32,520 bases of DNA from positions 1-32,520 of the forward strand of contig JARRQT010000009.1 in the NCBI GenBank assembly GCA_037381445.1, written 5' to 3'. The notes under the pieces were generated by a model. It saw nothing but the letters and a program-made list of their open reading frames with translations. It had not been told where the DNA came from and ran no database searches. Position numbers and translations under genes: made by a program. This DNA is from Calditrichia bacterium (GTDB taxonomy: Bacteria > Calditrichota > Calditrichia > RBG-13-44-9). The first letter of the stretch is position 1, and each line of letters opens with the position of its first letter. Below, piece by piece: positions 29,001-32,520 of the stretch.

Positions 29001-29360
29001 GGTTGCAGGATCGTGGCGGGTGTATTCGTAATAATTCGTTTCCAGCGGATGGATCAGTGCTCCGCCGGGTGCCTGTGCTTCCGCCTGAACAATGATAGCC
29101 ACGCCATCTACGTATGTGTGACCGGTTCCCTTCGGCCAGACACCGCTCCTACTGGGTTCATTCAGCCAGTCTGCAACTTCCCCGAAATTGTAATAAACCG
29201 TTTCGACAAGGTTGCCATCCATTAATCCCTTTTGGGAATAATTGTGATTGCCCTTGGTTTTATCCACAATTCTCTGGGAATAGGACAAATTCAGACAGAA
29301 GCTGAAAAATAACATCAGAACCAGCCCTGTAATCCGCGGATAATAATTTTTTAACAACAC
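26097..29360 (-). CDS. Large secreted protein (1087 aa) with Asp-rich DxDxDG loops, an FN3-like domain and a variant T9SS-like C-terminal sorting domain
   Basis: GGAGG RBS precedes GTG 29360. Signal peptide. FN3-like PPEKP..AIPGDGRVMLYWD...FEGYRIYRS...YVDSTVENGQTYYYAVVAYD. C-terminus ISVVPNPY...TIRIYTMSGQLV...WDL....G..IAYGVY...GRFAIIK. Confidence 0.8.
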   Translation of the reverse strand: MLLKNYYPRITGLVLMLFFSFCLNLSYSQRIVDKTKGNHNYSQKGLMDGNLVETVYYNFGEVADWLNEPSRSGVWPKGTGHTYVDGVAIIVQAEAQAPGGALIHPLETNYYEYTRHDPATGVTYGWWPLPNYSNPFQSSPAQSNNPATWPPHWPDRESDWDGKWNGFFGKGVQNADLETFFVFDDNEDREYILKNDFYPDADDPERGGLGMQVRARGFQWSQVLAEDVIFWFYEITNMSTQDYGKTLFAQYVDWGIGGHDNSSNNAGDYDELLDISYAWSTVPFGSPGHWSPVGLSAYAFLESPGISDDYKDNDQDGLTDERRDNAAANFISTPAQDPFLRDVFQDTTNFRQFYGYSWHPHWDADENANWRTYTDADENGAWDNGEPLNDDVGTDGIGPFDEGYTGPDADGSEANGKPDQGEPNFGILDKDESDQLGLTGFLIFPTHTPYDLDNDEENWKALSSLPAPHGQSLVGVNLANFFSSYLFHMNGRNTYSQMTGTLQESGETERFSMSLIFGIDEDDIFRRKRTVQQIYNANYRFAKPPEKPLIKAIPGDGRVMLYWDDRAEKTFDQFLQRFNFEGYRIYRSTEPNFLEDKVITDAYGKATFRKPLAQFDLKDGVTGLHPIDVNGALFYLGDDSGLKHSYVDSTVENGQTYYYAVVAYDKGYTTTTIAGDFLGIPPSETASIIKVDINGNVIKTDVNTAVVTPRAPASGYVPPEVNMSEHNGPGTGSISLTILDPDSVKNEHTYRVEFEDFTKFHENPNPSFRLIDYSTMDTLVGLTPLTAQVEQTPVLDGFSVEISNNPGVALDNQKSGWVKGKSNYIVEVGFDSRYVAAYQTRRVLYPADFEIHFMESGAGDMSFPATSFSKPQPSDIVVKNLTENIDHFQFIFRDNNKDSTFNAGDAIFVVCGDSSGKEATSFSNLRVGWSVSFIEDTTIAPEDQQAPQPGDVYAFSTLKPFRTGEYFQFDTKSPAFSRQKAESDLDNISVVPNPYVGAASWEPQTSSVGRGERRVYFIHLPAKCTIRIYTMSGQLVQTLNHNSTLSDGQEAWDLVSRDGMAIAYGVYVFHVDAPGIGKKIGRFAIIK

Positions 29361-29386
29361 TTCTGACCTCCAAAATTTCGGGCACA

Positions 29387-32083
29387 TTAAAATGAAAACG
29401 AGGTGCCAACAATAATTTGTCTGGGCGCCGAATAATAATCGGGTCTTGTAAAAAACTGCTGAAGCGTATTGACGCCTCGTGGGGCTTCCTGTGCGCGGGT
29501 TAATTCCAGCGTATATGCGGCCCGCCCGGTATCCGTAAAAACATTAATCTCATCTTTTATATCAAAGACGTTGAAAACCTTCGCATACAGCGAAAACTCA
29601 TTTTTAAAAATCCTGAAATATTTTGTCAGATAAAGGTCGACATTGTAATAGGCGGGACGGTTGTCACTATTTTCCAGACCCGTTCTCTGATTCAGAAGGG
29701 AAGGTGTGTAGGGCAATCCGGAGCCCAGACGACCAATAACACTGCCGATTAAACCGCCTGGTTTGCCAAGAGTAAGGGTAAAATTGAGGGAATGGCGACG
29801 GTCCCAGTCCAGGGGAACTAACTGCTTATTGGGCTCCACCGTCTGCCCCCCTTCACCCTGGGTTTTATTGAAGGTGTCATTGGGATCGGAAGCATTGCCC
29901 TTCGCTACCTGGTAAGTATAGTCTACATTTGCTGCAAAACCACCGCTCATGCGCTTTTCGAAAGAGAGAGTAAAACCGGTGACCGAACCATAATCACGGT
30001 TCACATATTTGGCGAATTTTCTGAATTCATTTTTAATATGCAGCTCCGTACCAAGCAGGTTCCTGATGTCCTTATAATAGGCGGTCACATTAACGCCCAG
30101 ATTCAAACCCAACTGCTGCTGTAAGCCGATTTCATATACAACTGTTCTTTGTGGTTCGAGGTCGGCGTTCCCGATAATGTTGCCAATGAATTCCGGGAAA
30201 TCTCCCGTTAAAGGTATTCGGAAATTCGGATTCTTGTAAAGATACTCAAAGGGTGGTATTTGAAAAAAGTGCCCGTAGGAAATGTGCACGGCCCCTTTGG
30301 AGGAGATGGGATAGGAAACACCCAAACGGGGACTGAACTGGTATTTGGAGGTGGCCCTGCTAAAAAGGGAATCCGGGAAAGGCGGCTGCAGATAGTCCAG
30401 GGCCGCTATCTGGTTGGGATTGATCAGCACCTGCCCGTCCGGCTGAAAATAATCGAATCTGACGCCAAGGTTAACGATGAGATATTCCAGCTCAATCTTG
30501 TCCTGCAGGTAGTACGCAAACTGATAGGGATGATTCTTATAGGTATTGTAATCAAAACTTCCCGGCTGCGGCATGGCCGGCACAAAACCGCTGGATGCAT
30601 CCACATGCACCTGAAAATCTTCATACTGCAGGGTATGAAACTGGATCTCGGCGCCGGTCTTCATCAGGTGAACCGGGGTGACCTGGGAAGTAAGATCGAT
30701 TTTCCCGGTGGCAGTATTTGTTTTATGATAAAAATGCCAGTTCTCGGTTCCTCCCGTATAAAATGCGTTCCCGCTGACGTCCCGTTTTCGCTCCGGATTC
30801 ACATATCTGGGGTCCAGCGGATTTTGATAAACATACTGGTTGTATTTGCTTACAAAGGAAGAAGCCGAAAAATCCATAAAAGTGGAGGCGCTGAAGGTCT
30901 GTGTATAATTTGCGCTCAACAGCAGACCTTCCTGAAAGCGCCGGTAATCACCATCCGGATTCAGTTGGTAGAGGTGATTGTAATCTTTGTAATCCTTTTT
31001 CTGATAAAGCGTATTGATCACGATTCCCTGCGCACTGCCGACGCCAATAGACACCTTTCCCTGCAGGGTGGTGCGCCTTTCATAGTTCATGGGGACATAA
31101 TTGCTGTCCCCCGTAGCGCCGATGTACCAGTTCGCAGGATTGTTATCTGAAAAATTTGATGAATCGGGCGGATTAAAGATACGCTGCCCGTAGATATGGC
31201 CGTCATTATAATAATGCCTGCCGGAGAAGAAAAACTTCAGGAATTTCTTTGTAAAAGGAACGGGTCCGCTCAGGTCTCCCTGAAAGTTATAAATGTCCTT
31301 TGGCGAAACATGGTCAATATTTTCAAAAATTCCGCTATGGGAGGTCACATAGTCACCCGAGTAAGCGGAAAGATTCCCGGAATAGGAATTCCCGGCGATT
31401 TTGGTCACCTGGTTCACCACCCCGGAAAGCGCTTCTCCGTATTCAGCATTGAAAGTGCCGCTCAGGACCTGCACTTCCTGAATGCTGTTTGTTTCGGCCT
31501 GAACGGTATAATCTCCAGAAAAAGCATCGTTGACGGAAACGCCGTCGATCAGATACTTTACCTCATTGCTTCTCCCGCCCCGGAAATGCCCGTCCACCAC
31601 ACCTGCCTGCAGATTGACGATGGTCTGAACATCTTCTACAGGTAAATTCGCAATCTGATCTCCAGAAACTTTGGCGATGGTGGAGGTCAGATCTTTTTCC
31701 ACAATAGGTCTCTTGGCCACCACCTCAACCGCTTCTCCCTGTACTGCTTCCTCCTGCATCTGAAAATCGATGCGCGTGGTCTGGTCGATTGAGACTTTGA
31801 CGTCTTTCATGATGACGGGAGAATAGCCGATGTAGGACACTTCCAGCTGATACTTCCCCGGTGGGACATTCAGGATAAAATAGTTGCCGTCCATATCGCT
31901 GGCCGCACCCATGGGCGTTCCCGATATCAGCACATTTACACCGATAAGGGGCTCATGGGAATGCGCATCGGTTACCACGCCTGCAATTTTTCCGGTTGTC
32001 CCTGCAAATAACAGGGAACATCCGGCAGATATCATGGCCCAGGCAATGATCAGACTTTTCCAGGCTGTTTCTTTTGAGAACAT
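29387..32083 (-). CDS. TonB-dependent receptor with an N-terminal carboxypeptidase-regulatory-like domain (non-SusC type)
   Basis: Signal peptide from ATG 32083, AGTTGKIAGVVTD..EPLIGVNV, plug HFRGGRSNEVKYLIDG...SGTFNAEYGEALSGVVN, FSPRLGVSYP, GNADLEPQRT..YE and C-terminal PRQIIVGTSFSF. Confidence 0.92.
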   Translation of the reverse strand: MFSKETAWKSLIIAWAMISAGCSLLFAGTTGKIAGVVTDAHSHEPLIGVNVLISGTPMGAASDMDGNYFILNVPPGKYQLEVSYIGYSPVIMKDVKVSIDQTTRIDFQMQEEAVQGEAVEVVAKRPIVEKDLTSTIAKVSGDQIANLPVEDVQTIVNLQAGVVDGHFRGGRSNEVKYLIDGVSVNDAFSGDYTVQAETNSIQEVQVLSGTFNAEYGEALSGVVNQVTKIAGNSYSGNLSAYSGDYVTSHSGIFENIDHVSPKDIYNFQGDLSGPVPFTKKFLKFFFSGRHYYNDGHIYGQRIFNPPDSSNFSDNNPANWYIGATGDSNYVPMNYERRTTLQGKVSIGVGSAQGIVINTLYQKKDYKDYNHLYQLNPDGDYRRFQEGLLLSANYTQTFSASTFMDFSASSFVSKYNQYVYQNPLDPRYVNPERKRDVSGNAFYTGGTENWHFYHKTNTATGKIDLTSQVTPVHLMKTGAEIQFHTLQYEDFQVHVDASSGFVPAMPQPGSFDYNTYKNHPYQFAYYLQDKIELEYLIVNLGVRFDYFQPDGQVLINPNQIAALDYLQPPFPDSLFSRATSKYQFSPRLGVSYPISSKGAVHISYGHFFQIPPFEYLYKNPNFRIPLTGDFPEFIGNIIGNADLEPQRTVVYEIGLQQQLGLNLGVNVTAYYKDIRNLLGTELHIKNEFRKFAKYVNRDYGSVTGFTLSFEKRMSGGFAANVDYTYQVAKGNASDPNDTFNKTQGEGGQTVEPNKQLVPLDWDRRHSLNFTLTLGKPGGLIGSVIGRLGSGLPYTPSLLNQRTGLENSDNRPAYYNVDLYLTKYFRIFKNEFSLYAKVFNVFDIKDEINVFTDTGRAAYTLELTRAQEAPRGVNTLQQFFTRPDYYSAPRQIIVGTSFSF

Positions 32084-32168
32084 CGGACTAACCTGTTTTT
32101 GTGTTTTTCTTTGAATTATTCCGCCAATCCGAATTGTCAGAAATTGCCGCTTTAAAACAACAAACTTT

Positions 32169-32184
32169 GAAATTCCGGAATTTC
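32169..32184. promoter_or_regulatory. Perfect 16-bp palindrome upstream of the TonB receptor; candidate operator
   Basis: GAAATTCCGGAATTTC equals its own reverse complement and lies about 85 nt upstream of the ATG at 32083. Confidence 0.4.
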
Positions 32185-32192
32185 GAATAAAG

Positions 32193-32227
32193 AGCGTGGG
32201 GCAAAAATCATAATTTTGCCCCACGCT
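32193..32227 (-). terminator. Intrinsic terminator after the upstream T9SS cargo gene
   Basis: AGCGTGGGGCAAAA-(7 nt)-TTTTGCCCCACGCT, a 14-bp stem followed by CTTTATT on the minus strand. Confidence 0.75.
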
Positions 32228-32247
32228 TCATTGTTGCTTTTAATCCT

Positions 32248-32520
32248 TTACTTGAGAAGCAGCATTCGTTTCACCTGCGCAAAATTCCCGGATTTCAAGC
32301 GATAGAGATAAACACCACTTCCTACACTGCGCCCATTGTCATCCAGCCCGTTCCAGGTAATCTGGAATTTGCCGGCTTCATGGTTGGAATTTATCAACGT
32401 TCTGACCTTTTGTCCCAATAAATTATAAATAATGAGTGTGGTTTGTCCGGCCCGCGGCAGTGCATAACCAATGGTCGTAGTCGGATTAAACGGATTGGGA
32501 TAATTATTTTCCAGCATATA
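32248..32520 (-). CDS. 3' end of a T9SS cargo protein (type A / FlgD-Ig-like sorting domain); the rest lies outside the window
   Basis: LENNYPNPFNPTTTI.Y....IYNLLGQKVRTL...WNG.D..G..VGSGVYLYRL....KRMLLLK. Confidence 0.88.
   Translation of the reverse strand, partial: YMLENNYPNPFNPTTTIGYALPRAGQTTLIIYNLLGQKVRTLINSNHEAGKFQITWNGLDDNGRSVGSGVYLYRLKSGNFAQVKRMLLLK

Noticed and set aside
32084..32224. 47-aa N-terminal extension of the TonB receptor from the GTG at 32224
   Set aside because: That GTG lies inside the terminator stem, and the signal peptide begins at ATG 32083.
1..32520. CRISPR arrays, tRNA/rRNA genes, IS elements, integrases or prophage genes
   Set aside because: No regularly spaced repeats, cloverleaf or rRNA-like segments, or transposase/integrase ORFs were seen, and the intergenic spaces are short.

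Overview
Bacterial chromosomal window of moderate GC. The T9SS-type C-terminal sorting domains, the PorV-like barrel and the SusD-less TonB receptors suggest a non-Bacteroidia FCB-group organism such as Calditrichota, KSB1 or Ignavibacteria (inference). The left part (1-6.5 kb) is mostly housekeeping: the 3' end of rlmN, a DUF58 gene, trxB, a wHTH/PD-(D/E)XK-like gene, a small membrane protein, hflK, and an hflC broken by an internal deletion. It also carries a SelW/Rdx-family selenoprotein gene absent from the ORF track (2864-3097, minus strand), with an in-frame UGA in a CxxU motif and a SECIS-like hairpin. A BtuB-like TonB receptor follows. The right ~23 kb (9059-32083, all minus strand) is a polysaccharide-utilisation-like locus without SusD. 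In transcription order it encodes a TonB receptor, a 1087-aa Asp-rich/FN3 protein with a variant sorting domain, a PorV-family barrel, a degenerate parvulin chaperone with an in-frame amber codon, an ABC sugar transporter, an unclassified lipoprotein, a GH130 phosphorylase, a GH2 beta-mannosidase, an unclassified six-hairpin-type glycosidase and a T9SS-secreted multidomain protein. No rRNA, tRNA, CRISPR array or mobile element was seen.
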